Source: Azolla caroliniana (taxonomy: Eukaryota; Plantae; Polypodiophyta). Taken from it: 64,000 nucleotides of DNA. The position numbers and the translations under genes were made by a program. Shown here one piece after another: positions 10,036-21,800 of this stretch; within the stretch, counting starts at the first letter, position 1, and each line of letters begins with the position of its first letter. The notes under the pieces were generated by a model that saw only the letters and a list, made by a program, of their open reading frames with translations, made no database searches and was not told the origin of the DNA. The stretch spans positions 21,452,001-21,516,000 of the forward strand of contig JBHGNT010000004.1 of assembly GCA_043228905.1 (NCBI GenBank), in the 5' to 3' direction.

Positions 10036-13000
10036 TTATTCCTTGTTTACCGGTTCGTCCTCCGCCTTAGGCTGCTCGTCGTTGCTGTCCGTGCCCCCTA
10101 GCTCCGGCTCACCATCATGTCGTTTCTTGAACGCTTTGATCCTCTTCCCCGCCACCGGTATCACCATTCTCGTACCGTCGAGCTCCACGAGATGGTACGT
10201 CCCATTGCCGTTGGCGCCTGTTACTACGTAAGGCTCGAACCACCTCCTCGTAAACTTCCGCGTGGCCCTATGCTGATTGTCGAGGCTGCTGTCGTAGACT
10301 AGCACCCAGTCGCCTTCCTCGATCTTCCTTGGCCTGGACCGGTGTGTTCGGTCGAACCGGGCTTTGTTCCTTATCCTCGCTACTCGAAGTTTCTCCGCGG
10401 CTCGCTCTACGTCCTCCGGCCTCCGCTCGAGCTGTTGAATCCGCGCCGCCAACACTTCCTCCCGGCTCATCTCATCCCTCCAGTCCACCGTGGCCCACGA
10501 GGAGATCGTTCGCTCTGTTGGCATGATCGGCTTCTTTCTGAACATCAGCTCGCCCGGCATGAACCCGATTACCGAATTGTGCGTAGTTCGGTCCGCCCAC
10601 AAGGCATAAGGTAGCAGCCGCGGCCAGTCCCCGACTCGGCCTCCGCAGGCTCGTACTAGCGCTTTGACAATTGGCTCGTGTCCGCGCTCCACCTTCCCGT
10701 TCGCCTCCGGATTGTACGCTGTGGTGAGCGAAAGTTTGACTCCTAGTCGGTCGAACAACTCTTCGCCCTCTTCTGCGTCCAACTCACCACAGTCAGCCAC
10801 GATCTTCCCTACGCACCCGTATCGGCATACCACGTCCTCAATAAAAAACCGGCATACGACTGCCATCGTCTTGTTCTGCAGGGCTCGGTCTTCAACCTGG
10901 TTCGTTAGATCTTCCCGAGCCAGCACCAGATACCGCATCTATCCTAACCCCATTGGCATCGTCACCAAATCCACCATCCACTTGAAGTGGACGGTCGGAG
11001 GGTAGGTCGGGTGAAGCTCGTCCCGGTGTTGGATCATGGAGTGCACCTGGCAGCTTTCGCAAGTCGTCACGAACCGATGCACGTCCCGGTATAGTCCCGG
11101 CCACCAGTACTTCCCCTTTAGCTTTTCGAACGTGGCCCACGTTCCACGGTGTCCAGCCCACGGGCTATCGTGGTACGCCGCCAACAAATCCTCCTATTCC
11201 CCCTTCTTCGCCACCACTCGGAGCGGGATGCCGTTCCTCTTCTTTAGGTGCTTCCAGATGTATCCGTCCCGGAGAAAGAATCGGTAGGCTTTCTTCCGAA
11301 TCCGGTTGGCCTCATCCGTTGTCCATGCCGCGTCCGGTGTCATTGTTTTCAGGAACCCGCCGATCTGTAGCCACTGCCCGTCGTACCTGCTCTTGTCAAA
11401 GTCGTTAAGCGTTGGAGAGCATTCCCCGTTGGTTGTCACGTAAGCCGCCTCGAAGAAGTCCACGTCGACTTCCTCGTCCTCTGAAACCATGCCGCCGTCG
11501 TTTTCGAACCTCGCCCTTGAAAGCATGTCGGCCATGGCGTTGTCTTTCCCAGAAATGTGTCGTATTTCCGGATTTAGGGACTTGATGTACGCTATCCACC
11601 TAAGCATTGCCAGGTCCGGCGTCGCGCATCTGGAAACCATGCCAAGAATTGGCAGGCAGTCCGTCTCGATAATTACCTCTGCCCCGATCAGGTAGTCTTT
11701 ATCGGCCTTTACCGCCGAAACGATACCCCAGAGCTCGCGTTTAACCTGGGTGTATCCTCGCTGTCGCTCGTTGAGGAACGCATGTCGTCCTTGTCCTCCT
11801 GGTTGAAGACCCATCCGATCCCGGTCGGACTCGTGTCTACCGTTACGTAAATTGGAGTGCTCTTTCCGTAGACAGCCTTTCGGAGCACCGGAGCCGCGGC
11901 AAGTGCTTCCTTCATCTTCTGGACAGACTCCGTATGCTCGTCTCTCCACTCGAATCTTCGCCCCTTTTTCAGCAACCCGTATAACGGCTCCGCGACGTGA
12001 GCGTAATGCGGGATCCATATGTGGTAGAATGCGCACGCTCCCAAGAACCTCCGAACCTCCATGACCGAGCTGCAATCGTCCTTCATCGCGGAGATGGCCT
12101 CTACCTTAGCCGGAGACGGTTTCCGGCCGTACGACCCACATAGGTGTCCGACGACCATGATCTCTGCTTGCCCGAAGGCCGATTTTCCCCCTGAGAAGGT
12201 GAGCCTCGCGCCCTCCAACCTCCGTAGCACCTTCTCGCAGTCATCGATGTGCGTCGCCACGAATTTCCGGCACCCGTCCGGTCCGATCATCTCGTCCTTT
12301 TCCTCCACCGGGCATCCCTTGATCGGGAAGTCATCCAAAAACAGCATGGTGATGTCCGGGATACAATCCCTCAGCACCTTGTGCATTGCGTTCACCATGT
12401 GAGCCACCGAGTTCGTGACGAGAACTCAAGGCTCCTTATATCCAACGCTCGGCCACAACCGAGCTTCTTTTCATACGCAGAAAACGAGAAACAAATGCAC
12501 GACACAGTGGAGAAGAAAAATAATAATACACAGGAGGTTTACGTGGAGAACCCCAAACTAGGGGAAAAACCACAGCAGCCCACAAGCTGCAAACTGTCAC
12601 TATGTGAGAATATACAACAGTGAGTTTACTGAGGCAACGACCTGGTGCTCACAGATCTTCGCCACACGCGGCGGTTACAACAGAGGCAACAACCTCTTTC
12701 TCTCTCTCTCTCTCTCTGTACACTACTACGTGCACTCTCTTCTTCTTGCACCTAAACAAAGAAAAATGACAACAACAACAATTTATACTAATATGACTTT
12801 TCGGCTATTTACAAATGTAGCCTCGATGGGCTCTCAGAAACATATTTACGAATATGTCTCTTTATCCGGTTCTCACCGGGTCTGTACCATCCGGCTCTCC
12901 GTAGCCGGGTACTCCTCATCCGGTTCATACCAGGCCTGCACCATCCGGCTCTCCGTAGCCGGGTACTCCTCATCCGGTTCGTACCGGGCCTGCACCATCC

Positions 13001-16000
13001 GGCTCTCCGTAGCCGGGTACTCCTCATCCGGTTCATACCGAGCCTGCACCATCCGGCTCTCCGTAGCCGGGTACTCCTCATCCGGTTTCGGCCTGTTTCC
13101 CAACAGTTCGTCCCTCCTTGCGGTAGGGTACACATCCATACTAGGCCGAGAGGAGTTCGCATTGTCGTGATGTCTCTGCTCTCTATGGCTAGCTGGAACT
13201 GATCGTACCCCGAGTAGAGATCACCGACCGAGTAAATCGACCTTCCAGCGAAGGCCTCTGCGAACTCGTCTATTGTCGGTCTGATTCCTGCGTTTCGAAT
13301 GGTCACCTTGTTGACCGGCTGCAGGTCTTGAATAAAGCGCAGCGTGCCGTCCTTCTTCGGCACGGTAAACCACCGATTCGAGTATGGGGCACTCGACGGT
13401 TCGTGGATTCCCATCTCGACCTTCTGCTTTAACAACTCCATCAGCTTCGGGATGTGAGCTCTGGGTATTGGAATCGGTTTGAGACTCCACGGCACATGCA
13501 GTACCGTGAATATCACCATCAGTTCCACGACTATCGAGTCTACGCACCCGATCTCCTCCGGTGAGAATGCGAAAGCCTTCCCGTGCCTTCCGAGCATTTC
13601 CCGAAAACAGTCCTCTTCTGCCAGCAGTAGGAAGCCGCCCCCACCGATTTTGAGCTCGTGCAGCGTTATGTCGGTGAACGTGTGTCCTATGTGGGCCGGA
13701 TTTCGTAAACTCGGGTCCGACGCAACCCCCTTTATTCGCAACTCGCTGCCCTCCGGCAAGGGAGCCGCGACTGGCCTCACCTTCCGGTCCACAATCTTGT
13801 ACCTCGTGTCCACCCGGGCCGTCCGACCCGACTCGACCCCTCTACTAAAGTCCGTGATGACTTCGTACATCCTTTCCGAACATACCGGAATCGTCCGGTC
13901 CTCTTTAGGATTCCTCCGACTACCTCTCGCAGCTCCCCCAAGGTATCGTCGAAAGAGACCGCCTCCACGGCTCCGTTGATTTCCTCTCCAAGGCTGAGGA
14001 CTCCACATGCCCGAAGTCGCTCCTCCGCCCTTCTCTTCTTTCGTCCAACAACGTCAACTATCGTACACCCTCCGTTGTCGGAGAACCAAAATTTCCTACT
14101 TATAGTACAGGGTTTCTTCGCTATCTTACACTTGTGGGGTTCTCCCGGAGTGTCCGGACTATCGCGGCCCCACGCCTTGATAGCCCTCTTCAAAAATCCT
14201 CCCGGCTTTCGCCCCCGAGGGTCTTGCGGTTCCTCTCATGGTTCGGTCTCACCGTCAGGAACTGGACCGAGTGGCGCCCATCCTGGCTCTTGACCCTCGC
14301 ATAGGCCGAGCCATTGTCCAACACCTTGGTCTCCATTCGTGCTGCCGTGATGTATGGTTCTCCGAGTATAACTGGATGTGAGGACGTCTCCTACACGAAG
14401 AAGTGCTGGTCAATCTCAACATCCCCGATCTTTACTCGTACATTCGGGCAGGCTCCATGCAATTCCTCGGTGGCACGCGTTGCCGCCCGTATTTTCCACC
14501 CGTGCTTGGTGTTGATCGGCCATTTCCCCTTCTTATAGAAGTCCATGGACATCAAATTGATTTCTGAACCGTGGTCCACCAACGCCACCACCGGTTCATG
14601 AACATCTCCGATCTTCACGGGGGTCTCCGTGGTCGCTCTGGCCCAGTGCGGCCTCGAATAGTGGCTCTCCGCCAACTCGTCTTCCAGCGCCATGTCCTCT
14701 TTGTGCGTCGTCCGCACCTCCACCGGCTTTTCCAGTTCTGTCTCCGTCGACAGCCTCTTCCTCTTCACCAAGTCTACGATGGAGTTGTGGAACTCCTTCT
14801 TGGCGATCCCGAGCACTTCCCTCAGCGATAGCTCCACCTTGCTGTCGAGGATTCATTCTTCCAGGACCTTTCGCAGGTCCGTGGATTTTTCGATTTCTGT
14901 GCCCAACCGGTACCCGCCCTTCTTGGGATTATCCTGGGCGCCGGTTACAACGGCCTCATTCCGTCTTTGCCCGAATCGAGTTTCATATCGCTGCGAGGGC
15001 CCGGCCCGTCCGATTTTCCCTACCCGCTTGTCCTCCACCAGAGCCTCGTAGTTTTGACAAGCGGCTTCGACGAAGCCCGTCTTTTCTTCCACCAGGTCAC
15101 TCCACCCGGTTACCTCCCGGACCCGTTTTTCCACGCGGTCCACCTCTTCTTTCCTCAACCGTGTGCCGGCGAGGCCTTCTAACATCGTCGGCCAGAACCC
15201 GGCTTTGTTCGTCTTCGGGGCCTCGCCTCCTCTGACCCGAATACCAGCTGATGTCGAGTAGTGGATGGTCTCCACGTGACGAGCCTCCGCCTCCTCCATC
15301 AGCCTTTTCATACCCCCTCGCCCGACATTCAGGTTCAGGGCCCTTCGGGTCTCGCTGGCGTGCACCCGACCATTCCACAGGTACACCATGTTGCTTCTCA
15401 TCGCCTCGGCGAAGTCCCCGCAGTCCTTTCGGATGTGCCCAACCGCATCACACCACATGCACCTGTTTTCAGCCTGAGGTCGTCGGTCACGGGCCTGTTC
15501 GCCACCATCTCTCCGTGCATGGGAGATCTGGAGATCCCTTACCATCCGCGTCAGCTCCTCCAGAGTTGCTCCCCCGGACGAGCCCTTGACCACGCCGGTT
15601 GAAGCCGACCCGGTCTCGAGCCAATCTCGGGTCTCTTCCCTTCGCATTGGTGGTGTTGGCTCGAGCTTCTTTGCTGTGACAGAGCCCGCCCATGTCGACC
15701 CTTTGTCAACCCATTCCCGTCGATTGTCGAAACGGCCACAGACCCTTTTCACCACGGCTCAGTTGGCCGTCAGCCCGTCATCAGTCTCCAATAGGAGGCC
15801 TACCTGCTCCCGATCCCTGCTCGTCAACCGACTTAACAAACAATAGGACACGGCTTGTGTCCAGAACGGTCCGTTCAAGCACCGAGAGGCGCGCGAAGCG
15901 TTCCTCAAACTCCCGAAGGAGCACTGATGCATTCCTTCCTTTGTCGGGGGTCTCCACCCACTCCATGAAGTCCCGCTTCGAAAGTCGAAGCGCATCTTCA

Positions 16001-16317
16001 AGCCCGTATCTTTCGAGGAGCCGACCTTCGAACTCCTCCCAGGTCCGGCTCTCGGCCCATACCTCGAGCACCTCCGTATGGATACCCGGCATCGCCACTC
16101 GAGGGAATCCAGCTAGACGCCTCTCTTTCGGGATGTCCCTCATTACCATCTCAGCCCGGTAGGACGCGAAGTAGCTCGTGGCATCCTTTCCACTAAACCG
16201 GCCGATCGTACCGACAACCGCCTCGATGGCCCTATCAAGGGCGTCGGTGCCTTCGCGCGCACTCACTATACGGTCTACAGCCGAAGCCATGGCTTCTGCA
16301 AGGTCCGACCCCCTCAT
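10036..16317 (-). pseudogene. gag-PR / RT-RH-INT polyprotein of the Phygy-like element (disrupted)
   Basis: Gag with CMWCDAVGHIRKDC knuckle; protease ALVDHGSEINLM; RT LPQGGTN|SVAHM...FLDDFPIKG; RNase H VTVDTSPTGIG...ETDCLP; integrase HDSPWAGHRG...CESCQ and PEANGKVERGH. Contains stops and frameshifts. Confidence 0.92.
12416..13105 (-). mobile_element. Solo LTR, family B (690 bp), inserted in the RT domain
   Basis: Perfect TSD GTTCG (12411-12415 and 13106-13110). It splits the motif LPQGGTN/SVAHM and carries four 54-bp repeats at about 12864-13087. Confidence 0.95.
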
Positions 16318-16338
16318 CTTCTACTCCTCTATCGCCTG

Positions 16339-16356
16339 TTCACGTCGGGTTCACCA
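16339..16356 (-). promoter_or_regulatory. Primer-binding site complementary to tRNA-Trp
   Basis: The + strand ttcacgtcgggttcacca equals the 3' 18 nt of plant cytosolic tRNA-Trp(CCA) and lies 4 nt from the LTR. Confidence 0.85.
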
Positions 16357-16431
16357 AATATGTCGCGTTGTTACGCGCGTGCGTGGAGAACAAGGCAGGA
16401 CCACTGGGGTCTTGGACCGAGGAATAGGTGA

Positions 16432-16469
<38 letters not shown>

Positions 16470-18710
16470 GCTCACTCACGTATAGACAAAGAAGCGCACG
16501 GGGACGCGGCACAACAACATAGGAGACGCGAGTTGAGAACACTAGAGTATGTATGTAAATATAGGCATGTATTTGTAAGTATGCAGACGAATCGAACGGT
16601 TACAGCCGACCAGGTCGGCGAGGTGGATGCCGACGCCTGATCACCCACGCACGCAGGAGAGTAAGATGGAGATTCTGCTGGAAGCACACGGGCGTTCCTC
16701 GGAGCAGAATCAGCCTCCTGAGAACCTGCGCAAAAGAGAGCTATGGAGAACGACAGAGAAGAAGAGCTCGGTCCCAGTCCGACAGCACTTCGTTCCCTCT
16801 AGCGCGCGATACCCTTCTCTCCCTGTCTCCCTCTCTTTTATAGCTCAAGGAGGGAGGTTGCCTTGCCCATTTACATCACATTAATTCTTTGTCCTCTCGG
16901 ACAGAGATACTCCTCGATTCTCCCTATAGAATATTGCTACCTAGGATCTGACCTTTGTGCCTTCCTATCTACTATACCACAAGGGGCGTGCCCACGTGTA
17001 AGGGCCGGTTTACACACGCTATACACGGTTTGCGCCTGGGGATGGTTTTCTTCACGACAACGCTACCTCTATCAGAGGTTTTCTGCCCTTTATATACATA
17101 GGGTCTTTTAGCCGTTCACGCTTCCCGCGTGAACCGTTTACATGCGTTACAATATTACTCTATTCCATATTACTGCACTCTTGTCCGTCGGTTACTATTC
17201 CGGCGGACAACACTTCACGTAATTGATGGAGTGAAATGGTCGCAACTCGATGAGTAGATTCTTGGGGTTGTCGATACCGGACTTCCCTTGTTCTCCAATC
17301 TATGTTTGGATTATGTACCTCAAACCAAGGTAATCCCAGGACAATGGGATGCTCTAGACTACTAATTATATTAAATGATACCACACACACAAAGCTATCT
17401 AGGACAACCTGAATGGGTTCTAACTCTTCTAGGATATTCCCAGAAGCAATGGGATGACCATCAATGACTACTACAGATGCGGGGCAAGGAAGTTTTCTTA
17501 AGGATATCTGAGAAGCTTGGGCAAAATTCCGATACATGGAATAGGAAATTGCTCTGGAATCTAAAAGTGCTAAGACATGTACTGGAGGGGTACTTTTAGT
17601 ACTAATCATTACTTGGGCTAAGAACACATTGCTAACTTGCTTAGAGGGAATGGAACCACTAATGGGCTGCATAGATCTAGGGTTGTCCAACCAAATGACT
17701 CCTATTTTGGCTGGACTTAGTCATTTAACTCTTCCTCTAATTGACTAAGGATTTCAAATTTCTTTGAGATACTTGGGCTATCAAAACTATTAATACTATC
17801 AGACACTCCTAAGGGAATTGACTCGGTTTTAGTACAGGCTACGATTTGATTTACCTGTCTTCTTGGCCTATGGGGACAGTTGATGGTGATATGCCCTGGT
17901 CCACCGCAATGAAGACATAATCGATTTGCACGTCGTCGTTTCTTTTCTTCTTCCGATAACGGGCCACGTCAACGCATGGTGTCGATCTCCATTGGCGTCA
18001 GAGTATTTGCCTAAGATATATCTCTTGCATCCGGTTTAGCTGCGACTGAGGCGTATGTGGGCTCTAGCCTAGTCCGTGGCATTTGAAATTGATGTTCCGA
18101 ACGTCGTTTGAAAAGGTTGTTGTCGCATCAGACCACTCGATTGATTGCCTATGTAAGAGATTATGGTTCTTTGGGAAAGGTTAAAAGTAAATCTTTGACG
18201 TCGTTTCGCAGGCCGTACCAGAAGTGCTCCATTAGTGCTTGATCATCCTAGGGGATATCTTAGGCGAGTAGACGGAAATCCGCCGCGTAGGCAGAGGCTG
18301 TCATGGCCGTAGCCAAAGACAAGTTTAAAATGAAGAAAACAATGAGAAATAGAAAATAAGAGAGTAATGAGAGAGAAATAAGATATTCAAAATGTATTAG
18401 CAATGAGAACAAGGGTTACAAGAGTACGCCCAAGACTGGCGTTGAACCGGAATGGTTCATCAATAGTTTGCTTTGTGTTTATATAGCATGCTTTGGATAC
18501 ATGCATGCTCGCCACCTCATACGCACGCATGCTCGCCATTTGTTATTCATGCAAGCATGTCACTTGGCATTCATGCAAGCATGCCACTTGGCATTCATGC
18601 AAGCATGACACTTGGTAATCATGCGTTAGCCTATGCAGTGGCAACGTTTCATACTATTAGATATGTTTCTTCCTGATCTAATATAACAATTTACAAATAC
18701 ATTTAATAAA

Positions 18711-18799
18711 TGTAATATGTTGTATCCTAGTGGTTGAAGCTACACATCCTCTTTGAAGAGGTCATGGGTTCGAATCCTTATTACAAGTCTTGGAGTTTT
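18711..18799 (+). ncRNA. tRNA-like Pol III cassette inside the chromovirus 2 3' LTR (antisense to the element)
   Basis: A box TATCCTAGTGG 18723-18733, B box GGTTCGAATCC 18767-18777, TTTT at 18796-18799. Closing 7-bp stem TGTAATA/TATTACA and hairpin CCTCT-TTGA-AGAGG. Confidence 0.6.
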
Positions 18800-18808
18800 G
18801 GTATATGT

Positions 18809-21800
18809 TCATGACATTATCCCCTTCCTTTGACGATGAGTTCCATGAGTCGCAATGCACAAACTAGGAGTTGGCTTATTTGGATATCGTTGATGAAATT
18901 CAGCTACCAGTTCTTTGGTATTATTGAGATTTTCAGCTAGCTCCCAAGTTCGATCCGCAAGTGTATAACCTAACCAATCAACAAAGTAATACAATTTGTT
19001 CTTCGCAACTTTTAAGTCCAAAATGGATTTTACTTCATATTTTGGGCCTTCATCAAGCTCTATAGAAGGTGGAGGGGGAACAACGCAATTTGGAATAGAG
19101 TTTGAAATATAGGGTTCCAAGAGTGAGACATGGAACAGTGGGTGAAGACGCATATGAGGAGGGAGATCGAGTTCAAAAGCAACTCCACTGATATGTTTAG
19201 TGATTAAATATGGGCCAAGGTGTTGATAATCCAGCTTCTTACAAGGCCTAGTGGTCTTCCCATTACGTTGTAAGAGCCATACACGATCTCCAATTTGAAA
19301 TTTGGGTTTTTCCAGTGATGAGTTGAGTCGATGGCGATCTGCAAATTTCTTATGGGTGGCTTGAGCGTGATGTAAATGATGAGAAAGAGCAATATGAATT
19401 TCTCGGATATGACATAGGCGATCCTCCGCAGCGGGGTTTTTCGAGATTCTTGGGTGGTCAAGAATTGTCCAATGGGGATGAACACCCATGTTGGCAAAGA
19501 AGGGAGTAATTTTGGTAGAAGAATGAACTAAATTGTTGTAAGAAAACTCCACAAAATGTAAGTAATCTACCCAATCATCTTATTAATAATTGATGAAGCA
19601 ACGAAGGTATTGTTCCACGGTTTGATTGGTACGCTCGGTTTGACCATCAGTCCTTGGGTGATAGCTTGAAGAGAGTTTACAAACAATTTGGAGGAGCCCA
19701 AACAAGTGTTTCCAAAATGTGGAGATAAATTGTGGTCCTTGATCACTAATGATGTCATCGGGAAGACCATGATGCTGAAACACTTCATGCATAACCAAAT
19801 CTGATGTCTCTTTACTATTAATAGTCTTTGTGCATGGTAGAAAATGTGCCATCTTAGTGAACCGATCTACAACAGTAAGGATGGAATCAAAAACTTTGGA
19901 AGATGGAAGATCAGTAATGAAATCCATAGATATAGACTTCCAAGGACCATCAGGAACTCGTAAGGGTTGGAGTAAACCATATGGTCGATGTCGAGGACAC
20001 TTGGACCGACAACATGCATCACAACTACGAATGTAGTTTTCAACATAATTACGAAGATGCGGCCACCAATAATTTCTAGAAACTAATTCCAATGTTTTGT
20101 TAACTCCAAAATGTCCAGCCATTGGCATGTCATGGCAATGTTGTAAAATAAGGAGTTGAGGTCGGCCATCAGGGACATAAAGCAAATAATTTCGAAAAAG
20201 TAAATTATCATGCCAACTAAACTTATTATAATCTTTACGAGAATTCATCGACCTTGAACAAGAAGCACGATCTGGAATAATATGATTCAAGTCATCTTGG
20301 GCAAATTCGTCTGCTTCAAGATCAGTACGAATCGTACTTATAAGTATCGAGTCCGTAGGTGTCTTAAAAGCATTAGCGACCATCACTTGTAAACGATCAG
20401 GACCAAGGAGGATCTGCTTTTGTTGATCAAAAGTAGGTTCCCCTAAACAGGGTGCCATGTACGAACGCCGAGATAGCGCATCTACCTTTCCCTAGTGTAT
20501 TGCAGGGCGATACACAATCAAGAAATCAAAGTGTGTAAGAAATTGTGCCCAACGTGCCTGTCGACGATTTAAGACTCGAGCATTCTAGAAATACGTTAGG
20601 TTCTTGTGATCATTATAGACAATGATTTGATGGGGAGAACCTTCCACGAAGTGGCGCCAATGCTCAAAAGAGTCTACAATAGCCAAAAGCTCTTTGTCGT
20701 GAATCTCATAATTAATTTCCGCAGCTTCAAATTTTCGCGAATGAAAAGCAACTGGATATAATAGCCCATTTTCTTTGGGTTGTGACAAGACACTCCCGAG
20801 TGCAAAATCTGATGCATCAGCTTCCAAAATAAAAGGCTTGGCTTGGTCAGCGTGGATCAAAATAGGAGTTGATGTGAACGCATGTTTTAAGCTTTTGAAT
20901 GCCTCAACAACACTAGAATTCCATATGAATGGTTGGTTTCTATGTGTTAATTGTGTAAGAGGCAACACCTTCTTTGAGTAGTTCCTGATGAATTTGCAAT
21001 AAAAATTCGCAAATCCCAAGAAACACTGGACGTCACGCACAGATTGTGGTGTTTCCCACTCTAGAATTGTTTGCACACCTTTGTTGGATCCATAGAATTC
21101 CTTCTGGTGATACTATGTACCCTAGGAATTCCACTTGGTTGCGATCAAAACTACATTTCTCGAGTTTAGCATAGAGACCATATTCTTGTAATCATTGTAG
21201 AACTTGGCGTACATGCTCATCATGCTCTTCTTGAGTCTTGGAAAATATCAAGATATCATCCAAATAAATGATGGTGAATATATCCAAGAAGTCTTGGAAA
21301 ATATCATTGGCCATATGTTGAAAAACCGCAAGAGCATTTGTAAGACTGAATGGCATAACTGTATACTCAAAATGCCCATATCGAGTGCGAAATGCAGTTT
21401 TCCATTCATCACCCAAACAAATTCGAACTAGATTATAAGCACCTCTAAGATCGATCTTTGTAAAGTATTTGGCTCCACTCAACCGCTCCAAAAGTGTTGG
21501 TATTAAAGGCAAGGCATACCTGTTTCGAATTGTGATTTTGTTTAATCCTCAATAATCTACGACCAAACGAAGCGATCCATCTTTCTTCTTAACAAAAAAT
21601 ATTGGTGCGCCAGCAGGAGATTGGGAATGAAGAATAAATCCAGTAGCTAAATTTTCATCGATATAGTCGCAAAGAACCTTGAGCTTTGCAGGTGATAAAC
21701 TATAAATGGGTCCCCACGATGGATCTTTTCCTGGCTGAAGATTAATTGGACAATCATAAGGTCGATGTTCTGGGAGTCTATCAGCTTTGTGCTTATTGAA

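Larger units (their letters stand above)
7502..17059 (-). mobile_element. Full-length degenerate Phygy-like (non-chromovirus) Gypsy element with two nested solo LTRs
   Basis: 5' LTR 16361-17059 and 3' LTR 7502-9958 (interrupted at 7792-9545) are highly similar with TG...CA ends. PPT at 9959-9972, Trp PBS, and 4-bp TSD ACGT/ACGC (7498-7501 and 17060-17063). Confidence 0.9.
6862..17212 (-). mobile_element. Tat-like Gypsy 5' end: LTR 7182-7501 + 17064-17212 (split by the Phygy-like element), tRNA-Arg PBS 7161-7177, start of internal region
   Basis: Minus-strand termini TGTTGTCC...GGTAACA and TATA at about 17088-17100. The + strand gttcaccaagtgtgcca matches the plant tRNA-Arg(UCU) 3' end (tcccaccgggtgtgcca) mostly by transitions. 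The LTR truncates the chromovirus protease ORF after ...HQLRE at 17212. Confidence 0.65.

Noticed and set aside
12604-13170. ORFs with 18-aa repeats (SSSGSYRACTIRLSVAGY)
   Set aside because: Translation of the 54-bp LTR tandem repeat, not a gene.
18711-18785. A genuine tRNA gene
   Set aside because: No 7-nt anticodon loop, a weak T stem, and it is part of both LTRs. Reported as tRNA-like only.
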